A stretch of 32,000 bases of DNA, taken from assembly GCA_965227835.1 (NCBI GenBank), contig OZ245768.1, positions 180,001 to 212,000 of the forward strand. The letters run 5' to 3'. Below the pieces are notes generated by a model, which saw only the letters and a list, made by a program, of their open reading frames with translations, searched no databases and was not told the origin of the DNA. The translations under genes and the position numbers were made by a program. Source of the stretch: Candidatus Saccharimonadota bacterium. GTDB taxonomy: Bacteria; Patescibacteriota; Gracilibacteria; BD1-5; UBA6164. This document shows positions 1 to 11,649 of this stretch, one piece after another; positions within the stretch are counted from its first letter, which is position 1, and every line of letters starts with the position of its first letter.

Positions 1-178
1 TTTCTTGAACAGCTATAAACGAGTTTCTGATTTGTTCTCTTAGTCTTTCATGTAAATCTTCCGAGCTTTCTCAAGGTCTTTGCATTATTCTTTGAACTCT
101 TGAAAAAATTAGTTCTTTTATATTATCCCCAGGTTTTTCTGAAGCATAATCTATATGACTTGTTCATATTCTTTCCAT
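1..178 (-). CDS. hypothetical protein, N-terminal fragment (gene continues past the left edge)
   Basis: Minus-strand ATG at 178-176. The frame stays free of TAA/TAG to position 1 when TGA is sense: MERIGTSHIDYASEKPGDNIKELIFSRVQRIMQRPGESSEDLHERLREQIRNSFIAVQE. No family recognised. Confidence 0.35.
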
Positions 179-305
179 TTTTATTAACTATTACAATACA
201 AAAACTAATTATATCACAAGCTTTAGGTTTTAGCCAAAAAATTTCTATTTTCCCATTTCATAAATATAATAAATACAAAAAATTATATAAAAATTCTTAT
301 TAAAA

Positions 306-1721
306 ATGACAAAAAAATACGATAAATCTATAATGCTACACACAAGAGACCTAAGAATATTTGACAATAGAACTATTCAAAAAGCATATAATCAAAGCAG
401 ACAAGTATTGCATATATTTATACTAAATAATCACCAACTAAAACCACCCCATGAAACGCTTGAACTAAATACAAATGCAATTGAATTTATGCACAACTCA
501 CTAATTGATTTAAATAGACAACTTGAATCAAAACAATCAAAACTAATAATAATGAACTGAGAAATCAAAAATGAATTAAAAAACCTACATAAACAATTTA
601 GATTTGAAGCAATATACTTATCAAAAGATTATTCTCCCTATGCCATACAAAGAGAAAAAGAAATAAAAGATTTATCTACAGAACTGCAATTTGAAATTGA
701 CTTAACAGATGAACATATACTCCTAGACGATATATCAAAATATCTCAAACCTACAGACAAAACAATGTATTCAGTTTTTACCCCTATGTATAAAAACTGC
801 CTACAATATGATGTACCCAAACCATTAAAATATGAATTTGAAACATTAATAGGAGAAAATGAAATCCCAGAAACACTCAAACAAAAAACAAAAAAATCAC
901 TAGAAAAACTTCAAAAACTGTATATCCCAAATCAAGACTTACTTGTAAAATGATGAAGAAAAGAAGTATTGGAAATATTATCAAAAATCTCAAAATATGA
1001 TTATCTATGACTTAGAAACTACCCCTCACTATCAAAAACCACTCACCTATCAGCCCATCATAAATTTGGAATAATATCTATGAGAGAATCTTATTATCTA
1101 CTATCATGAATATTTAGAGAATTTAAAGATTGAGTATTAAGAGAACTATTTTGGCATGATTTTTTCGTACTAATAGCAAAACATTATCCAAGAGTTTTTG
1201 AATGAGCATTTCAGGAAAAATACAACTCAATCAATTGGTTTGATAACTACAAAGATGAAAAATTTATAAAATGGTGTAGGGGAGAAACAGGATACCCTAT
1301 AGTAGATGCATGAATGAGAGAGCTGAACCAAACATGATATATGCATAATCGTGTAAGAATGATTGTTTCATCATTTCTGACAAAACACTTACAAATTCAC
1401 TGGATGCTTTGAGAAAGATATTTTGCCTCAAAACTAACAGATTATGATAGCTGTGTAAACAATTGATCATGGCAATGGGCTTCTTCTACTTGATGTGATG
1501 CACAACCATACTTTAGAATATTTAACCCATGGTTTCAACAATTAAAATTTGATAAAAACTGTGAATACATAAAAAAATGGATTCCTGAACTTAGTCAGCT
1601 AGAACCCAAAACTATACATAACCTAGAAACTCAATATCCATCTGATTTAAAATACCCCAAACAAATTGTAAACCACAAAGAAGCTAGAGAAAAAGCACTT
1701 AAGTTATTTAAAATAAATTAG
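306..1721 (+). CDS. phrB: deoxyribodipyrimidine photolyase (class I CPD photolyase/cryptochrome family)
   Basis: TGA=Gly fuses track ORFs 306-560 and 765-953 into one 471-codon frame ending at TAG 1719-1721. FAD-domain motifs present: [66 protein letters not shown]. Several invariant Gly are TGA codons. Confidence 0.9.
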
Positions 1722-1799
1722 ATCTAGAAATAAATTTGCAATTATTTATTTTTATTTTATAATAAGCTAAATTATTTTAATTGTTTAATCTCTAATTTT

Positions 1800-2354
1800 A
1801 TGGATTTAGGTATTATTGAACCAGTTCACATTCATAGTTATAAAGACACATGACCTTCGCACCCATCAGTAACCCTAGTAACTTTTAAAGAAAGTGTTAT
1901 AGAATTACTAGAAATGCCTTCAAGTGTAGACAAACTAGTATGAAATATAATAAAACCAGATTCTAAAGAATTAGAATTGATACTTTCTAATATACCTAGT
2001 ACAAAAAGTTTTGTTGAAAATTTGGTAAACAAAAATAAAGATCTTTTTGATCAGTTTATGAAAGACAGATGATATGAATGACTTCCTCCTCAAAAAATGA
2101 TATATTTTCTTAGTATGTGATGATGAAGAAGTATAAGACCACTTTTTTACTCTGAAAATTATAAGTGATATATAAAAAATAACTATAGCCATTTATACGA
2201 AGATGAGGAAAATATTTGAATTACAAAAGGTTTAAATCATAAATTAGAAATAGTTGATTACAATATATTATTAGTTAAAGGATTGACTTTGCAAGATGCA
2301 AAATTTTTATGATATTGAATACACTTTAAAGATAAATATATTAGTCCATATTAA
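1800..2354 (+). CDS. hypothetical protein (184 aa)
   Basis: ATG 1800, TAA 2352-2354, about 11 in-frame TGA. MDLGIIEPVHIHSYKDTGPSHPS...MIYFLSMGGGRSIRPLFYSENYKGY...GYGIHFKDKYISPY. Same strand as the photolyase gene and 78 nt downstream of it. No family recognised. Confidence 0.55.
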
Positions 2355-2375
2355 TGAGCCCCTAAAAATTCATTT

Positions 2376-2555
2376 ATAGTAAATTAACTTGTAAGTTGGT
2401 TTACTATTGATAAACAAATTAGATAGTCTATTTTCAAAAAGATAAATTTCTTACAATTTCAAAGGGCTAAAGCCCTCTGTTGACAAAAAGTAAAAATTAC
2501 CTTTTCAACTAAAATTGCATTTTAAAATAGTCTAACTTATAATTTAGTTTACTAT
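2376..2555 (+). repeat. family-1 intergenic mosaic repeat, copy A (about 180 bp, palindromic unit at each end)
   Basis: Aligns over its full length with 9291-9465. Both ends carry atagt-N-aactt(gt/ac)aagtt-N-actat palindromic units. The conserved core contains ttgataaacaaa(t/c)tagatagtct and the hairpin agggctaaag(c/t)cct. Confidence 0.75.
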
Positions 2556-2583
2556 AAAATAAAAACAATAAAATAAAACATTT

Positions 2584-3270
2584 ATGTTTGAAAATCCATA
2601 TATATCAAAAGTAAAATCTCACCATAAAATTCTTATAGATTTAGAAAAACAAGTCTATATAAATAAATGAAAATGGTGAGATTTTTTTTCTAATAAAAAC
2701 CCCATATCACTTGAAATATGAACCTGACTTTGAAATTATTTCTCAAAAAATATAAACGAAAACCTTTCAAAAAATTTTTTATGAATGGAGATAAAATATA
2801 AGAGATGTTTTGTGTCAGCAGAAAAAACACTTGGTAATATAAAAAACAATGATAATTTAAAAGACAACACAAACCTAGAAAAATATAATCCAAACTTTGC
2901 AATAATAAAAGATTATTGAGAAAATATAGATAAAATATTTTGAGATGATGAAATTTCAGAAACTATAATATTTTTTCCAGATCCATGGGCAAAGAAAAAA
3001 TCACAGCTAAAAAATAGGCTTGTATCTGTTAAATTCTTAGAAAAACTTTATAAAATCACGAAAAAATGATGAAAATTATTTTTTAAAACAGATCATATAT
3101 CTTACTTCCTGTATGTATTATACTTATTAGAAAATTCCCCTTGGAAAATCAAATTAAAAACTTTTGACTACGAAAAAGACTTGAATTATGATACTAACTC
3201 TATAACTGAATTTGAACAAATATTTAGATGAAAAAAACTTAAAATACACTACTTAGAACTTGAAAAATAA
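2584..3270 (+). CDS. trmB: tRNA (guanine-N7)-methyltransferase
   Basis: 228 aa with TGA=Gly. Motifs: LEIGTGLGNYF (SAM-binding loop, three Gly are TGA), FFPDPWAKKKSQLKNRL, KKGGKLFFKTDH, TEFEQIFRGKKLKIHYLEL. TAA at 3268-3270. Confidence 0.85.
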
Positions 3271-3313
3271 GATTAATATTTATATTAGCTTATAAATTTA
3301 TAGGAACATAATT

Positions 3314-3358
3314 GCAAAATTAGCATCTATTAAAAATTAATCTTATTTGCTAATTTTC
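3314..3358. repeat. family-2 intergenic repeat, 5' module (hairpin aaaattagca / tgctaatttt)
   Basis: attagcatctattaaaaattaatcttatttgctaattttcac matches attaacatctatgaaaaaataatattttttgctaattttcat at 29595-29636. Confidence 0.6.
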
Positions 3359-3466
3359 ACTAGAAAAATTTTTTGAAAAAAACCTAAACTTTATATAATA
3401 AAAAAGAATTTTTGTTATAGCAATTTTTACCTAAATTTACATAACTAAATTACTCTAAGAATTTAT

Positions 3467-3551
3467 GGACCTGTGGAAAAATTAACATCTATTAAAAATT
3501 ACCTAAAAAATCTTTACTTTTATCATAACGAAGTAATTTTGCCACAGATCC
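3467..3551. repeat. family-2 intergenic repeat, short copy closed by an 18-bp imperfect inverted repeat
   Basis: ggacctgtggaaaaatta...taattttgccacagatcc (16 of 18 complementary) encloses acatctattaaaaatta-cctaaaaaatct-t-tatcataacgaag. This inner sequence is homologous to both inner ends of the 29581-29740 copy. Confidence 0.7.
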
Positions 3552-3603
3552 CTTTAGATTTTTAAATCCTTTGGAATAAAATTTTCTATCTTCAAAAAAA
3601 TTT

Positions 3604-5013
3604 ATGAAAAAAATACTTTATTTAATAATCTTTCTTTTTTCTCAAATAAGCATATCTTTTGCCTGTATTTGAAGTGAATGATCAAAAACACTTGACAGTG
3701 TAATTAGTACTAAAGAAAAAACACAAAGTAAGTGTTGAGGTTATGAAGAAATTTTATCAAACTCTAACCTTGTTGAGACTATATTTTATATAATTATAGG
3801 TCTTTTTTTGTTTGAGTTTATTTTATCTAAAATTTTAAATCACCTCAATATAAAAAACCTAAAAAGTAAACTACCAAAAGAATTAAAAGATATATACGAC
3901 TCAAAAAAATATCTTAAAATGTATAAATATGAAAAAACTAAATACAAATTTTCTAGTATCATTTCTATTTTTAATTTTCTTTTAGTTCTATGAATATTAT
4001 TATTTTGATGATTTTGATATTTGGATTCTATAGTTAGATCTTGGACAGATTCATACATTCTAGCTTGACTATATTTTTTTTGAATAATTGTTCTTATACA
4101 GACTATTATAGACATACCTATATCTTACTATTGAAATTTTGTAATTGAACAAAAATTTTGATTTAATAAAATGGATAAAAAGACATTTTTTACTGATATT
4201 ATAAAATCTCTCTTACTTACTATAATAATCTGATGATTGCTTATTTGAGCTATAATTTGGATTTATACACTTGACCAAAATAATTTTTGGATTTATGCTT
4301 GGATAATAATAACACTTTTTTCTATGTTTATGATGATGTTTTACTCCAGCTTGATTGTTCCTTTATTCAATAAACAAACACCACTTGAATCTTGAAAACT
4401 AAGAGATGCTATAGAATCATTTGCAAAAAAAATGTGATTCAAACTTGATAATATATTTATCATTGATTGAAGTAAAAGAAGCTCCAAAGCAAATGCTTAT
4501 TTTTCAGGTTTTTGACCTAAAAAAAGAATTGTTTTGTATGATACACTGATTAAAGATTTAGAAATAGAAGAACTTGTAAGTGTACTTGCCCATGAGATAT
4601 GACACTATAAAAAGAAACATACACTTCAAATGCTTGTTTTTAGTATAATACAAACTTGATTTATGTTATTTATACTATGACTAACTTTAAAACTTCCAGA
4701 ATTTAGCCAAGCTCTTTGAGCAAATAGATGAAGTTTCTGGGTATGAGCTATAGCTTTTTCAATACTTTTCACACCCATTTCTATATTTCTTTGACTTATG
4801 TGAAATGTATTTTCCAGAAAAAATGAATACGAAGCTGATAGATTTGCTTGAGTGAACTATAAATCAGAAAAACTTATTTCATCTCTTATAAAACTTAGTA
4901 GGAACAATTTAAGTAACCTAACTCCTCATCCAATGTATGAATTTTTTTACTATTCCCACCCAACAGTTTTAAAGAGAATAGAAGCTTTGAAACAAATAAA
5001 AACTTGAAAATAA
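3604..5013 (+). CDS. M48-family zinc metalloprotease (Ste24/CAAX prenyl protease-like), multi-pass membrane protein
   Basis: 469 aa frame including track ORF 3808-3993. Motifs: [40 protein letters not shown] (HExxH, Gly is TGA), NLSNLTPHPMYEFFYYSHPTVLKRIEAL. The N-terminal 60 aa (MKKILYLIIFLFSQISISFAC...) is an extra hydrophobic leader, so the start could lie further downstream. Confidence 0.85.
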
Positions 5014-5056
5014 GATTTAAATAAGAGTTACAAATAAGAAGGCAAGCAAAGGAGTA

Positions 5057-5122
5057 GACAAGGGGTCTTGACCCCTTGTCTGTGAGAGAGAATTAAAAAG
5101 ACAAAGGGTCTTGACCCCTTGC
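5057..5122. repeat. two tandem GC-rich hairpins (gacaaggggtcttgaccccttgtc and gacaaagggtcttgaccccttgc)
   Basis: First hairpin has a 9-bp stem with a 6-nt loop at 5057-5080. A near-identical copy lies at 5100-5122. They sit between the convergent end of the M48 gene and the K+ channel start, and stand out against the AT-rich background. Confidence 0.6.
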
Positions 5123-5186
5123 AAAAATATATTTAACCATCTTGTATACAATAATCAAAAAAAATAAAAATCTAAAGAATAAATAT

Positions 5187-6044
5187 ATGATAGATAAATT
5201 AAACAAGATATTTCATTACGATCACAAAAAATACGAAAATTTTCTAGATGATGAAAACAACAAACTTTCTATTATCATAAATGAAATTTTTAACTTCCTA
5301 CTTTTACTCTTTGTACTAATATTAGTTATTGAAAGTTTAGATAGCTTTTCTATATATTTCAAAAGAAGCCTTTGGATACTTGATTGTGTTATTTCTTTCA
5401 TTTTTGCTTTTGAATACATATATCGTTTTCTTAGAGCACCAGATAAAGCTAAATTTGTATTTAGCTTTTCTCGTATAATAGATCTCTTGTCCTTTCTACC
5501 ATTTTTCCTTGGATTCTTTTTATTATCAGATTTTGTAAAAGTTATAAGATTACTTAGAGCAATAAGAGTTATTAGCTTTATAAGAAGTATGCCTTTAACA
5601 CATGCATTCCTTCACTCATTTACAGATTATAAAAAAGAATATACAGCAGTTTTCACACTCTTTACAGCAGTTTTATTTATATGAAGCTTCTCAGTATATT
5701 TTTCAGAAAGAAATGTTCCAGATACCCATTTCACATCAATACCAATGACACTTTGGTGGGGTTTAGTAACCATGACCACAGTATGATTTGGAGATATGTA
5801 TCCAATAACTCCTTTAGGTAAATTCCTTTGAAGTATTATAGTATTTCTATGACCAGTTATGTTAGCCTTAAATTCAGCAGTAATGATTATGGTTTTTATG
5901 GACACAGCAAGAAAAGAAAAGTTTTTCTCAAAATATAAGAAGTGAAAAAAATGTGGGAGATGTAGCATACACAATGAAGAAAAAGCAAACTACTGTATTA
6001 TGTGTGGTAAGAAATTCAACCTAATTTCAGAAAATAAAAAATAA
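5187..6044 (+). CDS. voltage-gated-like potassium channel with C-terminal CxxC-x11-CxxC zinc ribbon
   Basis: First ATG at 5187 (the track ORF starts at TTG 5142). S4-like segment [16 protein letters not shown]. Pore: [24 protein letters not shown], where the first filter Gly is TGA 5784-5786. C-terminal tail [27 protein letters not shown] at 6042-6044. Confidence 0.8.
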
Positions 6045-6121
6045 AAATTCTACTTATTCCTCTAGTTTTATAACTATTTAGAGAGAAATTATACCTTCTA
6101 TTAAAATATAAAAACTAAAAA

Positions 6122-7648
<1,527 letters not shown>

Positions 7649-7726
7649 AATAACTAAAAGATCTTATATTAAAATAGAGTTAAATACTCCTGAAGAATTC
7701 TTTAATTTTGATAAAACAATCTTATC

Positions 7727-7750
7727 AACAAATGGCTTTAGCCATTTGTT
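7727..7750. terminator. perfect 10-bp hairpin aacaaatggc-ttta-gccatttgtt downstream of metG
   Basis: Perfect palindrome about 80 nt after the metG stop. There is no U-run after it, so a terminator role is uncertain. Confidence 0.3.
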
Positions 7751-7896
7751 AAAGTCCCTTAAATTTATTTATCGAATATTTCTATCCATGCACATTATGT
7801 ATTATAGACTCTATGACTTATGAAAATAGAATACTTTACATTATTTTAAATATAGTTAATATATTAATGTGTTTTTAAATAATAATTAATAGTATT

Positions 7897-8367
7897 ATGG
7901 ATAACAAAAGTAATGAACCTTCTGAAAATAACAATAATGAAGAATTAGAAAAAATAAAAAATTCTTTTTTAGAATTTTTAGATGATTTAAATGAAAAAGT
8001 TTTAGATAATAAAATGACTGATAAGGCTAGACTAGATAATATTAACTTTTATAATAATATTTTAAAAATATCAGACGATAATAATGCTTTAAAAAATTTT
8101 TTTAATAGATATAAATTAGTTAGAAAAATTAACTCACAATCGGAACTATCGCTTTATTTTAAGAATGAGAATCATAAAAAAGATATTATTTGTTGAAAAC
8201 ATCTATTTTATACTAATTTTCTATGAAAAGATCAAAGTTGACAATTGTATTTTGAAAGAATATTTATATATGAAAAAGAGAATTCTCTTTGAGAATTCAG
8301 AGAAAAGGTAAAGAAACTTATTGACGATTTTATTTACTTACCTTCACCTTCAAACTCCACTAACTAG
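7897..8367 (+). CDS. hypothetical protein (156 aa), acidic Asn-rich N-terminus
   Basis: Track ORF 7897-8196 continues through four TGA codons to TAG 8365-8367: ...KDIICGKHLFYTNFLGKDQSGQLYFERIFIYEKENSLGEFREKVKKLIDDFIYLPSPSNSTN. No family recognised. Confidence 0.5.
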
Positions 8368-8382
8368 CTAGAAAAAATATTT

Positions 8383-9255
8383 ATGAAAAAGATAAAAAAA
8401 TGCATAATTCCTGCTGCTTGATTTGGTACTAGGTTTCTACCAGCAAGTAAAGCTCTACCCAAGGAAATGTTTCCTATAATTGATAAACCTGTTATGCAGT
8501 ATTTGGTAGAAGAAGCTATTAGTGCTTGATGTGAAGATATAATAATAGTTACCTGAAGAAACAAAAGAGCTATAGAAGATCATTTTGATTCTAATTTTGA
8601 ACTAGAAAAAAATCTAGAAGAATCAAATAAATTAGAGCTTTTGGAAAAAGTAACAAAACTAAATAGCTTAGCAAATATTTCATATTTAAGACAACCTTAT
8701 CCCAAATGAGATGGAGATGCTATACTTAAAGCAAAACATTTTATATGAGATGAGGCTTTTTTGGTGCTTTTTTGAGACGATATAATAGATAATCAAATCA
8801 GTGCAGCTGAACAATTGGTTAGTGTATTTGAAGAGAAAAATACAAGTGTAATAGCTTCAATTTCTGTGAATAGTGAAGAAATATCCAGTTACTGAATACT
8901 TGAAACAAAATTTTTTGATGAGAATTATTTTTTAGTGGATAAATTCCTAGAAAAGCCAAAAATAGGAGAAACTAACTCTAGAAATTGAGTTATTTGAAAA
9001 TATGTTTTGACCAGAGACATTTTTGATTTCTTAGAAGAAGTTTCAAAAACAAAATTAATCTGAGAGATAAGACTGGCTGATGGATTAGAGTTAATGAGAA
9101 AGAAAAGAGATATTTATTGAGTTAACATAAATTGAGAAAGATATGATACTTGAAGTAAAATTTGATTTTTAAAAGCAACAGTTGCTTTTTGACTAAAAAG
9201 TGAAGAAACATGAAAAGAGTTTAGAGATTATTTGAAAGGTTTAAATATAAAATAA
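8383..9255 (+). CDS. galU: UTP--glucose-1-phosphate uridylyltransferase
   Basis: 290 aa. Motifs: [88 protein letters not shown]. Confidence 0.9.
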
Positions 9256-9288
9256 AGAGTATTTTTTTAAAATACTCTTTATTTTATG
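9254..9288 (+). terminator. intrinsic terminator after galU
   Basis: aaagagtatt-tttttta-aatactcttt followed by attttat. It overlaps the galU stop codon. Confidence 0.6.
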
Positions 9289-9290
9289 TG

Positions 9291-9465
9291 GAACTAACTT
9301 ACAAGTTAGTTTACTATTGATAAACAAACTAGATAGTCTCTTTTAAAAAATAGAAACTTCTTACAATAGCAAAGGGCTAAAGTCCTCTGCCTGCTAAAAA
9401 TAAAAATTGCCTTTTCAATTAAAATTGTATTTTAAAATAGTCTAACTTACAAGTTAGTTTACTAT
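9291..9465 (+). repeat. family-1 intergenic mosaic repeat, copy B
   Basis: Full-length homolog of 2376-2555. Terminal palindromes are aactaacttacaagttagtt (5' end) and ctaacttacaagttag (3' end), each followed by tactat. Confidence 0.75.
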
Positions 9466-9526
9466 GTAAGGAATTTTGTAAAATTATCTTTGTTTTGACA
9501 AAATTAAAGATTTTATAGAGGTTTCT

Positions 9527-10942
9527 TTACTCAATTTCTTTTTTTATAAAATCATTTAAATCTTCTATTTTAACGAGTTTTTGCTCCATGGAATCTCTAA
9601 ATCTAACTGTTACCAAACCTTTATCATAATTTTCAGAATCTATACTTACACAAAAAGGTGTTCATATCTCATCAAATCTAGCATATCTTTTTCCTACACT
9701 TCATACATCGTCATATTCACAAAAGAAATCTTTTGAAAGTTTATCATAAATTTCTTTTCATAAATCTCAAAGTTTTTTTACTACTGGTAAAACTCATACT
9801 TTTATAGGAGCAATTTTTGGATCAAGTTTTAGATAGGTCCTATTTGTCTCTTCACAAATTTTATAGGAATCACATAAACAAGCTAAAAATAGCCTTGTTA
9901 ATCAAACAGAAGGTTCAATAACATATGGGATATATTTTTTATTATTTATAGGATCAAAATAGGATAAATCTTGCTTTGATTCTTTCATATGTGATTTCAA
10001 ATCAAAATCTGTTCTATCAGCTATACCCCATAGCTCTCACCATCAAAAAGGAAATTTAAATTCTATATCAGTTGTAGCATTAGAATAATGAGAAAGTTCT
10101 TCTTTTTCATGATCTCTAAGTCTTATAGATTCTTTTTTTATTCATAAACATTTTATCAAAAATTTTTCACAATATTTTTTCCATTCACTGTGTGCTTCTA
10201 GATCTTTTCAAGGTTCCACAAAATACTCTATTTCCATTTGTTCAAATTCTCTTGTTCTGAAAATAAAATTACCTGGAGTTATTTCATTTCTAAAAGCTTT
10301 ACCTACCTGAGCTATTCAAAAAGGCAGTCTTTTTCTAGAGCTTCTTAAAACATTAGCAAAGTTTACAAATATACCTTGAGCAGTTTCAGGTCTTAGATAA
10401 ATTTCTGATGAAGAATCATCTATGACTCATTGGCTAGTTTTAAACATAAGATTAAATTGCTTAGCATCAGTCCAATCTCATGGTTTTCAAGTATTTGGAT
10501 TTTTCACATTTTCTCATCTCATAACCTCACTTTGTTTTTCTAAACTCCATGCTTCAGGGATTAAACTGGACACTCAATATTTATCTTTTATTACACTTGC
10601 TTTTTCTCACATTTCCTCAATTAAATCCTCAAGTAATTTATCAGCTCTAAATCTTTCTTTTGTGTTTTTATCATCTATTAAGGGATCTGAAAATCATCAT
10701 ACATGACCAGATGCTATCCAAACTTTTGAGTTCATAAGTATTGATGAATCAAGCATAATCATATCATGTCTTTTTTGTATAAATTCCTTTTGCCATAAAA
10801 TTTTTATATTTTCTTTCATTATTGATCAATATGGTCAATAATCCCATGTATTTGCTAATCATCAGTATATTTCACTTCATCTGTAGACAAATCATCTAGC
10901 TTGAGCTAGGTTTGTTATATTTTTCATATTTATTTTTTCCAT
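9527..10942 (-). CDS. glyQS: glycine--tRNA ligase (class II, single-chain form)
   Basis: 471 aa on the minus strand. Motifs: [129 protein letters not shown]. The start could instead be the second ATG (10927). Confidence 0.95.
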
Positions 10943-11033
10943 GAATATTTATATTAGAAATTAAATTTTTTATCCCAAATTCTATCATTTTTTGATAAAT
11001 TGATGAAAAAGAGTTATTTTTCATTTGAGTTTT

Positions 11034-11321
11034 TTAGTTTTTTCTTAATGAGCCTCGTTTTTCCATATAAATATTTTTTATAAATTTTAAAGAAGAGGTA
11101 GAGATTATATATCAAAAAGTAGGTATCAGAGCGGATATTAAAATATTTTCAAATTTTAGAAAATACATAATAACAACTATGGTTATATATGTTATAACTC
11201 AAATAGATATTTTTCTCTCAAGAGAAATTTCCCAGTTTTTTTCTATTTCCACTTTTTTATTTCTTTCTTTTATTAAATCTATTTCTTTTTCTAAATATTT
11301 TAAGTTTAATTTTTTGTTCAT
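11034..11321 (-). CDS. small membrane protein (95 aa)
   Basis: MNKKLNLKYLEKEIDLIKERNKKVEIEKNWEISLERKISIGVITYITIVVIMYFLKFENILISALIPTFGYIISTSSLKFIKNIY... It has two predicted TM segments and two TGA-Gly codons. Confidence 0.45.
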
Positions 11322-11410
11322 TTGATTTTTTTATGTATAAAAATTAAATTTTTTGAAAAGTTTTTTTTACAATAATTTTTTAAATCATTTGTTTCTTCTT
11401 AAATAAAAAT

Positions 11411-11445
11411 CCCCGAAAAGATTATTTTTAATAATCTTTTCGGGG
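11411..11445 (-). terminator. strong hairpin terminator downstream of the tandem-HTH gene
   Basis: ccccgaaaagattatt-ttt-aataatcttttcgggg. On the minus strand it is followed by atttttattt. Confidence 0.65.
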
Positions 11446-11649
11446 TCATATTATCTAAACAATAAAAGACGGTTCCACCCAAAAATTTATCTTTTATAAA
11501 CAATTTTTATTTTCTAATCTATGTTACCATAATAGATTTAAAACGAATATATAAACTATTTAACTAAAGTTCAGTTTATTTTATAGATATTCTTTGTCAA
11601 ATTTTTTTATTTTATTTATTCACCAATGCACTATATATTTATGAAGTTT

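Noticed and set aside
100-303. Track ORF, plus strand, 67 aa
   Set aside because: It is low-complexity hydrophobic sequence in the divergent promoter region. It overlaps the better-supported minus-strand N-terminus at 1-178 and has no ATG start.
2376-2555. Mini CRISPR array (two roughly 25-30-nt direct repeats separated by about 120 bp; same at 9291-9465)
   Set aside because: There are only two repeats per locus. The sequence between them is conserved between the two loci, so it is not a spacer. The spacing is far too long, and no cas genes are in the window.
5627-5974. Track ORF, minus strand, 115 aa
   Set aside because: It is antisense to the pore region of the K+ channel gene, whose motifs are unambiguous.
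8364-8564. Track ORF, minus strand, 66 aa
   Set aside because: It is antisense to the nucleotide-binding N-terminus of galU.
10422-10706. Track ORF, plus strand, 94 aa
   Set aside because: It is antisense to glyQS, which is continuous and motif-rich on the minus strand under table 25.
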